From contig NIVC01000024.1 of NCBI GenBank assembly GCA_002269645.1, positions 310,001 through 374,000 on the forward strand: 64,000 nucleotides of DNA. Reading direction: 5' to 3'. This DNA is from Macrostomum lignano. Taxonomy: Eukaryota. Below, one piece after another: positions 38,160 to 51,345 of this stretch. Each line of letters begins with the position of its first letter. The stretch's first letter is position 1. The notes under the pieces were generated by a model that was not told where the DNA came from, did not search any database, and saw only the letters and a list, made by a program, of their open reading frames with translations. The translations under genes were made by a program, and so were the position numbers.

Positions 38160-39330
38160 AGGTCGTCACGTGCGGTGGTTGAAATGAAGTCGACATGCCA
38201 CGCCAAGTCCTCCTGTCGGAGATAGATGGATGGTTGCCCGCGGGGCTTCAGCACAAGGGAGCCGAGCTAGCGGAAGGCTTCGCACTTCTTTGCACACAGA
38301 AGAGAGCAGGCAGTGAGACGGCAGGATGTCGGGAGCTTCGTACATGTAGTAGCTGCTGTCATTTTCACGTAGGTATCGGCGGAACAACATAACCTCCACC
38401 ACTACTATAAAGCTTGGAATATTGGAGTCTAGCTTGGAACGTTATCTACGTAACATTTTTATGAATTTTACTCACGATGTGACTATAGTTACATATAGGG
38501 TTATTTAATATTACTGTTATCATTAAAATGACGCTGACACAATGCGCGGGTCCACGAAACAGCCGCTGATGGAGAACAGCTGAGTCCAGCCTATACCCTA
38601 CGAGCTAGCTGCAGACTGAAGGGTATAAAGCCCAGAGACTGCTATTGATCAAAGAAAAAAGTGAGGTCAGCACCGTCTCAACCGCCAAGCGGAATTGGCC
38701 AACCTTCAGGCTGTCAGCACCTCTGTTCTGCCGTAGTTGATGCGGAGCCCTGCGCGCTTCCCTTCGTCAACCAGCCGACTGACCGCCCTCTGACCACAGC
38801 TTCGGGGCTGCAGCAGGATAGCGCCACCTGGACGTCGGCGTATAGGAAAGGCAGGACATCTTGGCACAGGGAAAGTGGGAGCTACGGCGAGGCATGGGGT
38901 CAGCTTAATTTGGCAGAGGAAAAGAGGGCGAAGCAGGCCCCTTCATAGCCGTCTTCGTCGCGTAGAGCCAGTCGAAGGAAATACATGTACATGTACATGT
39001 ATGTACATTAGTCATAATAGGAAGACCAAATAGAAATGAAAATAATGTGCCACCTTATAGGACTCCGGAGGTTGATGGCAAATGATCATCAGGCGTAAGT
39101 CAGTCTGGACAAAACTCCTGGACAAGTTTTGTAGAGGTCCATATGATCGCCTGGATTAGCAAGCCAGACAATTGGCCGCCCGACTGACGGAGTCTCTCAT
39201 AAGCTTTGCAGAAATCTACAAAGACAATTGGCACTCTATATTTAGCGAGTCTCGCGAGTGTAAATATTAATCGATGTAAGCTGCAGGAGCGTAAGCGATC
39301 GAACTTTTGTTTTACTGCTGACCCTTTTAT
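38160..39330 (-). mobile_element. Decayed non-LTR retrotransposon (RTE-like) reverse transcriptase fragment
   Basis: RT motifs appear in the correct order on the minus strand: RSCSLHRLIFTL..VFVDFCKAYE (about 39300-39195), SGVL*GGTLFSFLF (about 39068-39025), FLYADV (about 38850-38832) and GLRINYGRTEVL (38750-38715). The region has stops, frameshifts and a (TGTACA)n insertion. Confidence 0.8.
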
Positions 39331-41019
39331 ACAATGAAGGTTTAAATCGCTAGCTTGAGTAATCGATATACTGGTCGACAGGAAGGTGCATGGCAACGTC
39401 GGCTTCATTAAACTTACATGTACTGCATGGCAGGCCTGCTTTCCCAAAATCGATGTTTACTGACAGCTGTATTACATATATGTAAATTATAGTTAAAAAT
39501 AAAACGTAATGTTTTTCTCGATATTTTCCAAGTACGCGATCATACATGTAATGTTAATTCTCGTGTGTTACTGTCATTATTATGTAGTGGGTGAAGCCAA
39601 ATTTTTTTCCAGAAGGGCCAATTGGCCAGCGGGGTATGTAATCCCCCATATGCCCATTGCCCATGCCTATGGGGCTTGGCACAATCAAGAAATGTTTTCA
39701 ACCGTAACAGCGTTTTAATATATTAGAAAAAACTCCAGAAAAACATCAGCTTTTTTCAAAGTAAAAGAATACATCTTGCACGTCATGGGCATTTGTTCGT
39801 TTGTTTGTTTGTTTCCCTTTTTAGCACGAATTCTAACGAAGCACATTGATCCGCGTGCGCGCGGGCTGGACCGCGTGCACGCGGGAATCGATCGTTCGTT
39901 TGCAAACTTCAAGCACACCACTTGTTGATTGTTCATCCATGTACAAATACAAATGAAAGCAGACCGTTTTATACATGACAATGACAGCTTAATATGATAG
40001 TTTTGATGTCATTGTCACTTGCTTGCTCCTCTCTTTCAATGTGAGAAAACTATGTGCTATGACGCCTATGGCTATGCTATGAGTAGAGTAGGCCTATGTA
40101 TAAAAACTTTTGTTGAACCCAATAGCTATGCTGTGCTGTTTAAATGATATATTATAATTATATTGTTATTGCTGATAGATAGACTATGCCATTGGCATTG
40201 TAAATATATATTTGAATAATACTAAGAACTAGGCCTACCGCCTACCTTGATTTTCCTTTAAAGTTGAATTGAGTCTATTTTAAAATTCAAGGTGCATACG
40301 CATGCTGCACAAAAAATCTAGCATAAAATATAAATATAAAATATATACAAAAAATGATAAAACATGTTATGAAGCACTTAAGCTTAGGTGGCCTAATTAA
40401 ACTCTTTATTATTAGGCCTACAATATTAGCAATAATTATAGTTCAATTTACTATCAATGTTATCAATTTATAGTATCAATTTTATAGTGACAAACAGCAT
40501 AGTAGGCCTCATTTTCCACATAGGCTAACCACCAAATATAATATTAATAAGTCAAATAGATTGGAATCTGATGAGTTAAATAGCCATATAGGTATATTGA
40601 CAGTGTTAGGCACCATTAATAAAAATCTTTTTAGCTTCCATTAATGGCAAAAGTGTTAGTGTTAAAACAAAAAATCTTAACTTATTGACTCCTAATTTTG
40701 TTAAGTTAGCTGAAAGTTGATTGATAATTGTTAATAAGAATTTATCCCTTAAACAACATAATTTCATAAACAACAACAACAACAAAGTTAATATAGACTT
40801 ATAAAATACTGAAATATTGCACTTTTTTTCAAAACAGACTTCACAATGCACTGTCTTTGGTTTTCCATCTTTTTAATAGAATACAGAGGTCATCTAAGCA
40901 ATTTACAAGCTGAAAAAGTAATATATAATAATTTTAAAGCTTGTAGGCCCTATATAATACTACTTAAAATGACTTATTTATTTGAAACTGTCAAGATGAG
41001 ATAGTTTTCTTGACTTAGG

Positions 41020-41780
41020 GCCTACTAACCAAATAAGTGATCTAGCGCCTTAGCCATTAAGCAGGCTCTTACGCCATTAGTAAATATAAAGGTTCTAGAT
41101 TAGGAGTGTACTCAGGTACACAAGGTTTCTACACTATAGTTAGTGACTATGGCCAACAAGCTGGGTAGGCAACACCAGTTGGGCAAAAGGTGAGCCCTAC
41201 CCCTTGCCTTCGGGGCATTAAGCCTATTCCAAGCTCAAATCAAAACCTCCCCGGGGCCAGAAAAGGTTGAGTGAACCATTTAGGGAAGCCCATGCCTTTT
41301 CCTAGGTTAGAAATGCCTAAAAACCAATCATAAAACCATCCCCACAGCCGTGGCAACCCAAAAGAGCCTCCCCACCCACTAAACCCCAGGTACTCTTACC
41401 AGACAATCTCTTATCTTTGAAGTGGCAGGAAGGCTAATTGCCAGGACTATTTCACCCTTTGCTTTGCCAACTTGCCATTTCTATTAGGCTGTGCCAACAG
41501 CCCCGTCCTGGTCAGACTCAGTCCTGGTTCTAGCACACTCCAGCTTTAATAGAGTCGCTGGCTGTTTGCTCAGAGGACACTCCGAGGAAGACTGTCAGAG
41601 CATCAACTGGAACAGGTATAGGCCTGCCTTCCTATACAGCTACCCAGAGCTCTTCCTGATTGACTATTACCCTCCAACATAGCCCACTAACTCATTACAA
41701 GCTTTCAGCCAGGCAGAGACAAGTGTCACAGGGGTACTGCAGTTAGGCGTCCCTATGCGAGACAAAAACAGATTTCTTGA
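41020..41780 (+). mobile_element. Possible gag-like retroelement remnant
   Basis: VAGC-LLRG-H-SEED-C at 41554-41595 has CCHC knuckle spacing, but the first Cys is missing. The surrounding sequence is CpG-depleted. Weak. Confidence 0.3.
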
Positions 41781-42559
41781 GGTTCAACAGCCTTATACTA
41801 GTAGACAATCCCTCACGAGCACAATTTCCCATTGCTTCTACTACTTTCCCAATGTTGAACTACTATTAGTAATATAAAAGCAGAACTGCTTATTCTCCAT
41901 TTTGGTTACTAAATAAATTCTTCTTGACTTCTAAATTACAAGAATTATCTTCATAATTATCTCCATTAATAAATTACAATTAGGCATTATCAAGTTTAGC
42001 TATATAGACTGCTTATATTACTTTTATATATTTCATAATTGCATTAATATGAAATATAAGTTGTGAAGTAAAAAGTACAATGCCCAACTTGATCAATTTT
42101 AACTGAAATAAAATATGCTGACTCTATATGCATAGTTTGGTAGGTAGTGATTCAATAGGCTAGAACCTTTATATTTTATGTACATTTTAGCATTAAATCT
42201 TGTATTAAATAGTTTTTTTGCAACTGTCTGATTGATGTATTAGAGCAATTATTTAAAAAACTGATTAAGAATTTACAAATTGAAATTGAATTTAAATTTA
42301 ATCTGTTGTGTTTGGGCTGCAGGTTGTGTTGGAGTACATTTATTGATATCATACATGCGCAACTGCTGGCCGACCTGGCCGATTCGGCCACCGTAAATCG
42401 TGGCTGACCAGGGGTAAGTCGCAAAATTGAGTCAACCAAAAACAGAAAAACACAAGAACCAAGAAAGGCAAGAGGAAAGCGAAAGAAAGAGCAGTTCAGG
42501 GAAAATAATGAAGCAAAAGAAAAACAATTCGCAAAAGAAGCAAACTAAGTTGTAAAAAT

Positions 42560-43440
42560 AATCAGGTAAGTCGCAACAGGAATCAGGTAAGTCGCAAAAG
42601 GGTTAGGTAAGTCGCAAAAAGAATCAGGTAAGTCGCAAAAGGATCAGCTAAGTCGCAAAAGGGTTAGGTAAGTCGCAAAAGGGTTAGGTAAGTCGCAAAA
42701 GGGTTAGGTAAGTCGCAAAAGGGTTAGGTAAGTCGCAAAAGGGTTAGGTAAGTCGCAAAAGGGTTAGGTAAGTCGCAAAAAGGATTAGGTAAGTCACAAA
42801 GGGTTAGGTAAGTCGCAAAAGGATTAAGTAAGTCGCAAAAAGGATTAGGTAAGTCGCAAAAGGGATTAGGTAAGTCGCAAAAAGGATTAAGTAAGTCGCA
42901 AAAAGGATTAGGTAAGTCGCAAAAAGGATTAGGTAAGTCGCAAAAGGGATTAGGTAAGTCGCAAAAAGGATTAGGTAAGTCACAAAGGGTTAGGTAAGTT
43001 GCAAAGGGTTAGGTAAGTCGCAAAAGGGTTAGGTAAGTCGCAAAAAGGATTAGGTAAGTCGCAAAAAGGATTAAGTAAGTCGCAAAAAGGATTAGGTAAG
43101 TCGCAAAAGGGTTAGGTAAGTCGCAAAAGGGATTAGGTAAGTCGCAAAAGGGTTAGGTAAGTCGCAAAAAGGATTAGGTAAGTCGCAAAAAGGATTAAGT
43201 AAGTCGCAAAAAGGATTAGGTAAGTCGCAAAAGGGATTAGGTAAGTCGCAAAAGGGATTAGGTAAGTCGCAAAGGGTTAGGTAAGTCGCAAAAGGGATTA
43301 GGTAAGTCAAAAAGGGTTAGGTAAGTCGCAAAGGGTTAGGTAAGTCGCAAAAGGGTTAGATAAGTCGCAAAAGGATTAGGTAAGTCGCAAAAAGGATTAA
43401 GTAAGTCGCAAAAAGGATTAGGTAAGTCGCAAAAAGAAGC
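42560..43440. repeat. Minisatellite, 20-21-bp unit GGATTAGGTAAGTCGCAAAAA, inside the hAT element
   Basis: Tandem repeats of the element's internal GGTAAGTCGCAAAA motif. Confidence 0.95.
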
Positions 43441-43596
43441 AACTAAGTCGCAATAAGAGGGAAGTAAGTCACAATCAGAGGCAATCAGGGGGTAGTAGGT
43501 GCAAGTGTGGCAGGAGAGCAAAAACAGAATAGAAGCCTTCAACCACAGACAAGATCTTTGAAATCAGAAGCCCGCGTCATTTCTTTAACTCTGGAG

Positions 43597-43650
43597 CAGG
43601 GGTTGGCAAACTCCGGCTCGCGAAGCCCCTCTATCTGGCCCTCGCCCCTC
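43597..43650 (+). mobile_element. Solo hAT/Charlie-like terminus nested in the hAT element
   Basis: CAGGGGTTGGCAAACTCCGGCTCGCG resembles Charlie-type TIR starts. No partner end was found. Confidence 0.45.
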
Positions 43651-43694
43651 GGGTTCTTTGAAACTTCCTAACTACGAGTAGCAAGGTTGGTGTC

Positions 43695-44370
43695 TCTTCA
43701 ACTCTCATCTCTCTCTTCTTCTCTACCTTGCCTCCCCTCTTCTCTCCCCCCTTTTCCCTCTTCTCTCTCCTCTCATTTTTACTCTCCTCTCTTCTCCCCC
43801 TTTCTCTCTACCCTTTCTCCTCAATGCCCTCTTCTCTCCTCTTATCTTCAGCAAAAATATGTGCATATTTTCTTACTTCAAAGTAGAGGGAATAGAAGAT
43901 TAGAGATAAGCAAACAGAGGAGAGGCGAGCGATGCGATGGGAGAAAAGATAGAAGAGGAGAGAAAAGCTGAGGGAGGAAAAAGAGATAAGAGAGAAGAGG
44001 AGATGCGAGAAAAGAGGAAAGAAAAGATGATAGATGAGATCAGAAGAGAGGAAAGAGGAAAGAGGAGAGAGTAGATGAGAGAAGAGAGGATAAAGAGGAG
44101 ATGAGAGGAGAGTGAAGAGAGGAGAGATGAGAGTAGAAAAGAGAGGAGAGATAATGAGAGAGTAGAGTGGAGAGAGACGAGAGGGAAGATAAGATGAGAG
44201 AGTAGAGTGGAATGGAGAGAGACGAGAGAGAGATAAGAATGTAGAGAGGAGACAGAAGAGATAGGAGAGGAGAGGAAAGAGAGGAGAGAGGAGAGGAAAG
44301 AGAGAAGGGATAAGGGATGAGAGAGAAAAGAAAAAGAGGATGAGAAGATGAGGAATGGAGAGAATTTGCA
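43695..44370. repeat. CT-rich tract (43695-43850) followed by GA-rich tract (43900-44370)
   Basis: Low-complexity tracts of opposite polarity. Confidence 0.85.
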
Positions 44371-45308
44371 AAGGCCTCAAATCCTAGTTTAACATGCATT
44401 ACTCCCATCTTTGCCTTTTTCCTAACTGTTAACAAGTTTTTGTTTGAGCATGACTTCAAATTTAGAATCTATGCAAAAATAGTTCCGGGAATTAGAATTC
44501 AGTGGTTTAAAAATCTGTGGGTTTTCACAGCTTGTATCTCTACTGGATTCGTATTCTGCATCTGATGAGCCATCTGAATCAGGGCTCTCATCTTCCATGC
44601 CAAATCGTCTAGCAAATCGTTCTTGAGCTATAGGTCACACTGTATTCACTTCACTTACTTCTGGACATTCATGAATCATGACTTTTGTAGTATGCTCACT
44701 ACACTGTACTGACAATTTACTAATTGCTTCATGCCGCCACTAGATGACATACTGATTAGCTGTTATAAAAACGCGAAATCTGCACGCAGCACTAATTAGC
44801 TGGCGAGGCATTTAGCTTTAAAAATATGGTCATAGTTACTCCTGCCGTTTACCTAAAGTTTTTGCTTGGCTCTTTCATAGGTAAGTCGCATTTTTTATCG
44901 AAAACTAAGTCGCACGGCCAGCGTAATTTCAGAAGTTGCGCATGTATGATCGATATCAGTAAAAGAAAAAATATGCACCCAAACCAAAGACTAACATCAA
45001 GTAAAGAAAATGAATTTTAGCAGTCCACTGCTTAGTGGGTACTCTAGCTCTTGCTCTATGCCTGCTACGTCAAAGTTAAGATCTAGCGAGACAAAAATAT
45101 AACTTACTCAGATTAGCACTCCATTCTATTCTTTCCTCCATGATCACACTACCCTGTAGCTTGCTATTCAGATTTCACAATTGATCCTTATTTTCAGCTT
45201 CAACTTAGCAGAAATATTTTTCAACAGCTACGCTATTTAAGCGCGTCAAATTCTATTCAGTCTACTTTCAGCGGCAGTAGAAGCATTAAACAACTATTAT
45301 TGCATTCA

Positions 45309-48300
45309 ATGGCTGAACAAAGACAATCTGAGCAATTGCAATTTGTTAACCGGCTGAATCCGGTCACTGGCGAGATGGAGTGGACCCTACTGCCTGTTGA
45401 TTATGACTATCGCCAAGAGATTGCCTGCTCAGCCTATGGCGACATGCTGCACGATACAGCTAGGAATAAGGCCTATTATAATGCCCTACGTAGAGCAATT
45501 GAACGCATGCCTAGGCCTGTCAGAGTGCTGGATATTGGCACTGGTGAGTCTTGGTGAAATACTATTAAATAGGGAGATTTAAGAGATTTTTATTGTTATT
45601 TCCTTTATTGGCTACTGAATGTACGGTAGTAGTTATTCTAGTAGTTAATGTAGCGCTTTCATACATTTAGCATGTTTGCTATGGTAGCAACCTTTTTTCA
45701 AGTTAAGTTATGCAACAAAAAAGCAATGAACGACTCAAACGACTGCAATGCAACGGAGAGGCGACTGTTGAGTCTGGAGCGCATCACGTGGGTTGTAAAA
45801 TCGTGAGAGTCGCGAAAAAGCTGTCCAAGAGTCGTTGTGTTAGCGCTTAACTTTCTACTGACTCAAGTAGACTAAACAGAGTTGTTTCAGGAGTCTTTGA
45901 CTTCGATAAGTTTATATTTAGAAGCCCACAAGCTTGCAGGCGTAAACAACTTGCTAATTGGTTCAGCAATAATGTACATTGGCCATTCCACTGAAATGTA
46001 CGTCAGATTTAGGCTGGAACGTACAACCGGGGAAGGCAATAAAATTGGGGCGGGGCAGGGGTGGAGGTTTTTTATGGAGTCTGAGGGTTTAAGCTGAGGT
46101 GGTAACTTGGTATGAGCCAATAAATGAGCCTTGGCTTTAAAAATACAATAAAATGCTTCAGTTTTAACTTACTACTGAACTGAAAGTAGCTTACACGCAA
46201 ATGTGCTTGAGTGGCCCATCTAGTAGTTATTCTAGTATCTGTGCCACAGAGCAAGTTATTAATATAAAAAAGTCTATCCATTTCCCGCTTTCCGGCACTC
46301 CTCACCGCAGGCAGCGGCCTGCTCAGCATGATGGCCTGTCGCCTTGGCGCAGACACGGTGACCGCCTGCGAAGCCTTCCAACCTGTGGCTGAGTGCGCCA
46401 GCCGGGTCCTGGCTGCCAATGGTTTTCTATTAAATAATGCCAGCGATAGTAGTAAGCCGCCAGGTCGGGGTGTTAGATTGATTTCTAAACGATCAACCGA
46501 CGTTAATCCGGATACGGATTTAGCGGACGGTGCATTAGCTAATCTGCTTGTTGCTGAGCTGTTCGACACTGAACTGATTGGTGAAGGCGCTCTGCAGTCT
46601 TACCAGGATGCCGCTAAACGGCTGTTAACGCCTAATGCTGTCGTACTGCCATGGGAGGGCCGACTGCGCTGCGTGCTGTTCCAGTCCGACACCTTGGCTA
46701 GGTATCACTATTTGCAGGTGAGTCTGAGTGCCAGCTAGATCTGAGTGAGGGTGCCAGCTTGATTTGTGTGACAGTCCCAGCTAGATCTGAGTGACAGTGC
46801 CAGCTAGATGTGAGTGAGGGTGCCAGCTAGATCTGAGTGAGAGTGCCAGCTAGATCTGAGTGAGAGTGCCAGCTAAATCTGTCTGAGATTGCACAGGTTC
46901 CCAGGTTGAAGTCAGTAGGTGGGTTGCATCAGTCGAGAAAGCCACATCAAAAGCAAAAATAGCACTAAGCAAATCCAAGTTTTACCTGGCTGTGACTCAT
47001 AAATATGCTGGATTGAACCAACACAATGGCCTATTATTACCGAAAAGAACAGTTGAAAGCAGTTTCCAGAGGCTGGATTAATCAGGGTCTTCTCAAAGGC
47101 TGCTTTTGTGCTCTATTTTAGCATTGCTACTACCAGGACATCTGCTTCCGGCACAGTGGATTCCCTTAACCGGTTCTGACTGCTCATAAACTGCACCCTC
47201 TGCCCCGAACCCCCGGTTCACTCTATTCATAGATTTGCAGATTCTCCCAGTTGCCTGTCAGCAACAATAATTCATCCATTTTTTAACTTCATAAAAGAAT
47301 ACAAAATTTAGGTTGAATGTGGGCGGTTACTAAATTTAGTTACTGTCGGTGCATTTACGATCTTCAGTTTACATTCATAGCTTATTTACAGCCAGAGATG
47401 CTCTGCTAACGCAATGCCCATCACTGACTCCTTACCCCTGACTCTTTATGCCTGACTCTTCACGCGTGACTCTCCTCACCCCTGACTCTCCTCACCCCTG
47501 ACTCTCTGTCTTCACCCTGACTCTCCTTACCCCTGACTCTCTGTCTTCACCCTGACTCTCCTTACCCCTGACTCTTCACGCCTGACTCTCCTTACCCCTG
47601 ACTCTCCTTACCCCTGACTCTCCTTACCCCTGACTCTCCTTACCCCTGACTCTCTTCACCCTGACTCTCCTTACCCCTGACTCTCCTTACCCCTGACTCT
47701 CCTTACCCCTGACTCTCCTTACCCCTGACTCTCCTTAGCCCTGACTCTCCTTACCCCTCTCTCCTTACCCCTGACTCTTTATGCCTGACTCTCCTTACCC
47801 CTGACTCTTTATGCCTGACTCTCCTTACCCCTGACTCTTCACGCCTGACTCTCCTTACCCCTGACTCTTTATGCCTGACTCTCCTTACCCCTGACTCTTC
47901 ACGCCTGACTCTCCTTACCCCTGACTCTCCTTACCCCTGACTCTCCTTACCCCTGACTCTCCTTAGCCCTGACTCTCCTTACCCCTCTCTCCTTACCCCT
48001 GACTCTTTATGCCTGACTCTCCTTACCCCTGACTCTTTATGCCTGACTCTCCTTACCCCTGACCTGACTCTTCACCCCTGACTCTTCATCCCTGACTCTC
48101 CTTACCACGCCTGACTCTTCACGCCTGACTCTTCTATCTTCCAGTCGAGTCCGTGGCGCCGCGCTCCCGGCGCGGACGCCTGCCCAGGTCTCTCGGCGCC
48201 CCTGGAGTTGCAGCTGTCGCAGCTGATGCCCGGCCAAGATTTCCAGTTGCTAAGCGAACCATTCGAAGTTCGCCGCTTCCCGTTCGGTCCGCCTGACTGC

Positions 48301-50389
48301 CTTGCCAATCTGCCGGAGTCCGGCGATGACGTCATCTCGGTGTCCGTTCCCTGGCTTGAGTCCGGCTTGGAAACTGCTGATGATGCCGAATTGACAGTGA
48401 CCGGCTGTTTCCTCTGGTGGGATCTGCTGATGGACCCCTGGCCGGAGGCTGAGCTGCTCAGCACGGAGCCGGCCTGGGCAGCGGCTGGCGGAGTGGCCCA
48501 GTTCCGCGAGCACTGGATGCAGTCGGTGCACTTCTTCCCGACGGTCAGGCGCCTCTACCGGGACCAGCGGGACTCGTTGAAACTGCTGCACTGGCACGAC
48601 GGTTACAGCAACTATTTTGATTTATTACCTGACTCTGCCGCCTCTCCCGCTCCGTCTGCGGCTCGGTTCTGCTCCTGCGGCATCCATCAGACTGTTAATA
48701 GGGCCAGACTAGCGGAAACTCAAGATCCCAGTTATTCTAGTGGTCATGTAGATTGGATTAAATCCGTATTGGAACTCTGTCCTACCGATCGGGCTTTAGC
48801 AACCGTGGGAGATCTGTGCATCCTGCCGCATCTCCTGGCGTCTGCGGCGATCGACCGTCAGCCGCTTCTGTGCGTTGAGCCCCGTCGGCGCTGCCGGGAG
48901 GCTGTTATTGAATCGAACCAACTGCTGCTGTCATCTGGCAGGATTGTTGCCGAGTTGCCTAAGCTGGCCGAGCTGATGGATGGGGGCTACGGTGGATTGA
49001 TTTTATTGGGTGAGTTTTGGCCTCGCCTTGTTAAACTCGTGTCTGTTACCTGTTAGATATGTAACTGCTGTCTGTTAGACGTGTCTGTTATCTATTGAAC
49101 AGGTTTATATTACCTGTTAGACAGACATCTGTTGCCTGTTAGACGGGGGCTGTTATTTGTTAGACAGATGTCAGTTACCTGTTAGACAGGTTTCAGTTCA
49201 GTTACCTGTTGGACATGTTTCAGTTACCTGTTGCACAGGTTTCAGTTACCTGTTACACAGGTTTCAGTTACCTGTTGGACATGTTTCAGTTACCTGTTAC
49301 ACAGGTTTCAGTTACCTGTTGGACAGGTTTCAGCTACCTGTTGGACATGTTTCAGCTACCTGTTGGACAGGTTTCAGTTACCTGTTACACAGGTTTCAGT
49401 TACCTGGTTGACAGGTGTCTGTTACCTGTTAGGTGTCAGTTACCTGTTAGACAGGTGCCAGTTATCTGTTAGACAGGTATCTGTTACCTGTTAGACAGGT
49501 GTCAGTTACCTGTTAGACATGTCAGTTATCCGTTTGACAAGGGCTGTTACGTGTTAGACAGGCGTCTGTTAGCTGTTAGACAGGTGTCTATTACCTGTTA
49601 GGTGTCTATTACCTGTTAGGTGTCTGTTATGTGTTAGACAGGTGTGGTGTGTTACAAATACCCGCAGCCGAGCCCAGCTTCGCCTCCAGCCTGCTGCCCT
49701 GGGACGACCTGCGCTTCTGGCACTTGGCTGCGGCCGGCTGCCCAGCAACCCCGGCGCCGCCCATCAGTATCTATCCCAACGTGTGCCGGATAATGGCTGC
49801 CCCAATGCTATTCGACAATTTGCATAAGCTCCGCGCCCCTGTAGGACCGGACGGTTGCGAAGGCTTCGATCTGTCCGAGTTCGACCGGCTGGCGGAGCCG
49901 GCGGCCGAGGCCACCTGGTCGCGGCTGGAATCCCAGCCGTTGTGGGAATATCCCGGCCAGCTGCTGGCCCAGCCTAAACTGCTGCTGGAGCTGCGCTGGT
50001 CCGAACATTTTCTAGGTCGGCATACTACTGATAACAAAGAGTCTAGTAGTAGTAGTATCCAAAGCGAATTGTGTGAATTTTTTTTCAACAATTCGGCGGC
50101 TAACGGTGTCGCCCTGTGGTGCGATTGGTTCGCTGAAGTTGTTCAACAAGTTGACGCCAACGAGATTAAGAGATTATATCCGGTGTTGTACAGCGGTTTA
50201 CTTCCGGTTAAGAACCCGGCGCCGGATAGACTGGGTCCCAACCATTGGAACAGGTTCAGGCGGCAGGGTGTGTTGATGCTGACGCCTGGCAGGGGGTCCT
50301 CACCCATCGCCAAGGACCGCCGGCGGCTGGCGCTCACAGCCAAGTACGAGTTGGATAGCGCCGAGTTGGCTGTGTCGGTTGCGCCCTGA
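45309..50389 (+). CDS. PRMT7: Protein arginine N-methyltransferase 7, 4 exons, about 742 aa
   Basis: Exons 45309-45543, 46311-46717, 48145-49009 and 49668-50389 (phases 1,0,1). It carries NPVTGEMEW..YDYRQEIACSAYGDMLHD, SAM motif VLDIGTG|SGLLSMMA, double-E loop AELFDTELIGEG, WWDLLMDP, REHWMQ and a second module LLAEPSFASSLLPW..LRFW..SQPLWEYP. Confidence 0.93.
46725..46890. repeat. Short array, about 28-bp unit GTGCCAGCTAGATCTGAGTGAG.., directly after the PRMT7 exon 2 donor
   Basis: About 5-6 tandem copies. Confidence 0.85.
47430..48130. repeat. Minisatellite, 16-bp unit CCCTGACTCTCCTTAC, in PRMT7 intron 2
   Basis: Tandem repeats running up to the acceptor. Confidence 0.95.
49040..49640. repeat. 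Minisatellite, about 22-bp unit CAGTTACCTGTTAGACAGGTGT, in PRMT7 intron 3
   Basis: Tandem repeats. Each unit contains the inverted hexamers ACCTGT/ACAGGT. Confidence 0.92.
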
Positions 50390-50569
50390 GCATCGGCTAA
50401 TCATTGACAGTCTCAACCTTATTGGTTACTAGCTGTGTAGTTCGATTGTTTAAAATATACATTACATTGTTTTTGGCATTTTCTATTTGTTTCGACTCTT
50501 TATCTGAGTAAAAATTGTTGTTTTTTTACATTTTGTGCTTGGTTACTGATTAGTGATTAATATGATTGC

Positions 50570-51345
50570 CGAACTGGTTGGCCCAGCAACTGGAGATCTG
50601 GGAGGTTGGCCCAGCAATTGGGGATCTGGGAGGCTGGCCCAGCAACTGAGGATCTGGGAGGCTGGCCCAGCAACTGGAGATCTGGGAGGCTGGCCCAGCA
50701 ATTGGGGATCTGGGAGGCTGGCGAAGCAATTGGGGATCTGGGAGGCTGGCCCAGCAACTGAGGATCTGGGAGGCTGGCCCAGCAACTGAGGATCTGGAGG
50801 CTAGCCCAACAGCTGAGGATCTGGGAGGCTGGCCCAGCAACTGGGGATCTGGAAGGCTGGCCCAGCAACTGAGGATCTGGGAGGCTGGCCCAGCAACTGA
50901 GGATCTGGGAGGCTGGCCCAGCAACTGAGGATCTGAGGGCTGGCCCAGCAGCGGAGGATCTAGGAGGCTGGCGGCCCAGCAGCGGAGGATCTGGGAGGCT
51001 GGTGGCCCAGCAACTGATAAACAGGATCTGGGAGGCTGGCCCAGCAACTGATGAACTGAGGATCTAGGAGGCTGGCCGAGCAACTGTCACTCTGGGAGGC
51101 TGGCCCAGCAACTGGGGATCTGGAAGGCTGGCCCAGCAACTGGAGATCTGGGAGGCTGGCCCAGCAACTGGGGATCTGGGAGGCTGGCCCAGCAACTGAG
51201 GATCTGGGAGGCTGGCCCAGCAACTGAGGATCTGGAGGCTGGCCCAACAGTTGAGGATCTGGGAGGCTGGCCCAGCAACTGGGGATCTGGGAGGCTGGCC
51301 CAGCAACTGAGGATCTGGGAGGCTGGCCCAGCAACTAAGGATCTA
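50570..51345. repeat. Minisatellite, 28-bp unit GGATCTGGGAGGCTGGCCCAGCAACTGA
   Basis: Same family as 4650-5025. Confidence 0.95.

Larger units (their letters stand above)
42350..44948 (+). mobile_element. 2.6-kb hAT-type non-autonomous element, same family as the 9187-9440 MITE
   Basis: TIR CATACATGCGCAAC at both ends. TSD ATTGATAT/ATCGATAT (7 of 8 match). The first about 80 bp and last about 120 bp align with the reverse complement of 9187-9440. Confidence 0.85.

Noticed and set aside
44562-44600. Hammerhead ribozyme core CTGATGA (also at 58435)
   Set aside because: There is no GAAA after a stem II and no complete three-stem junction.
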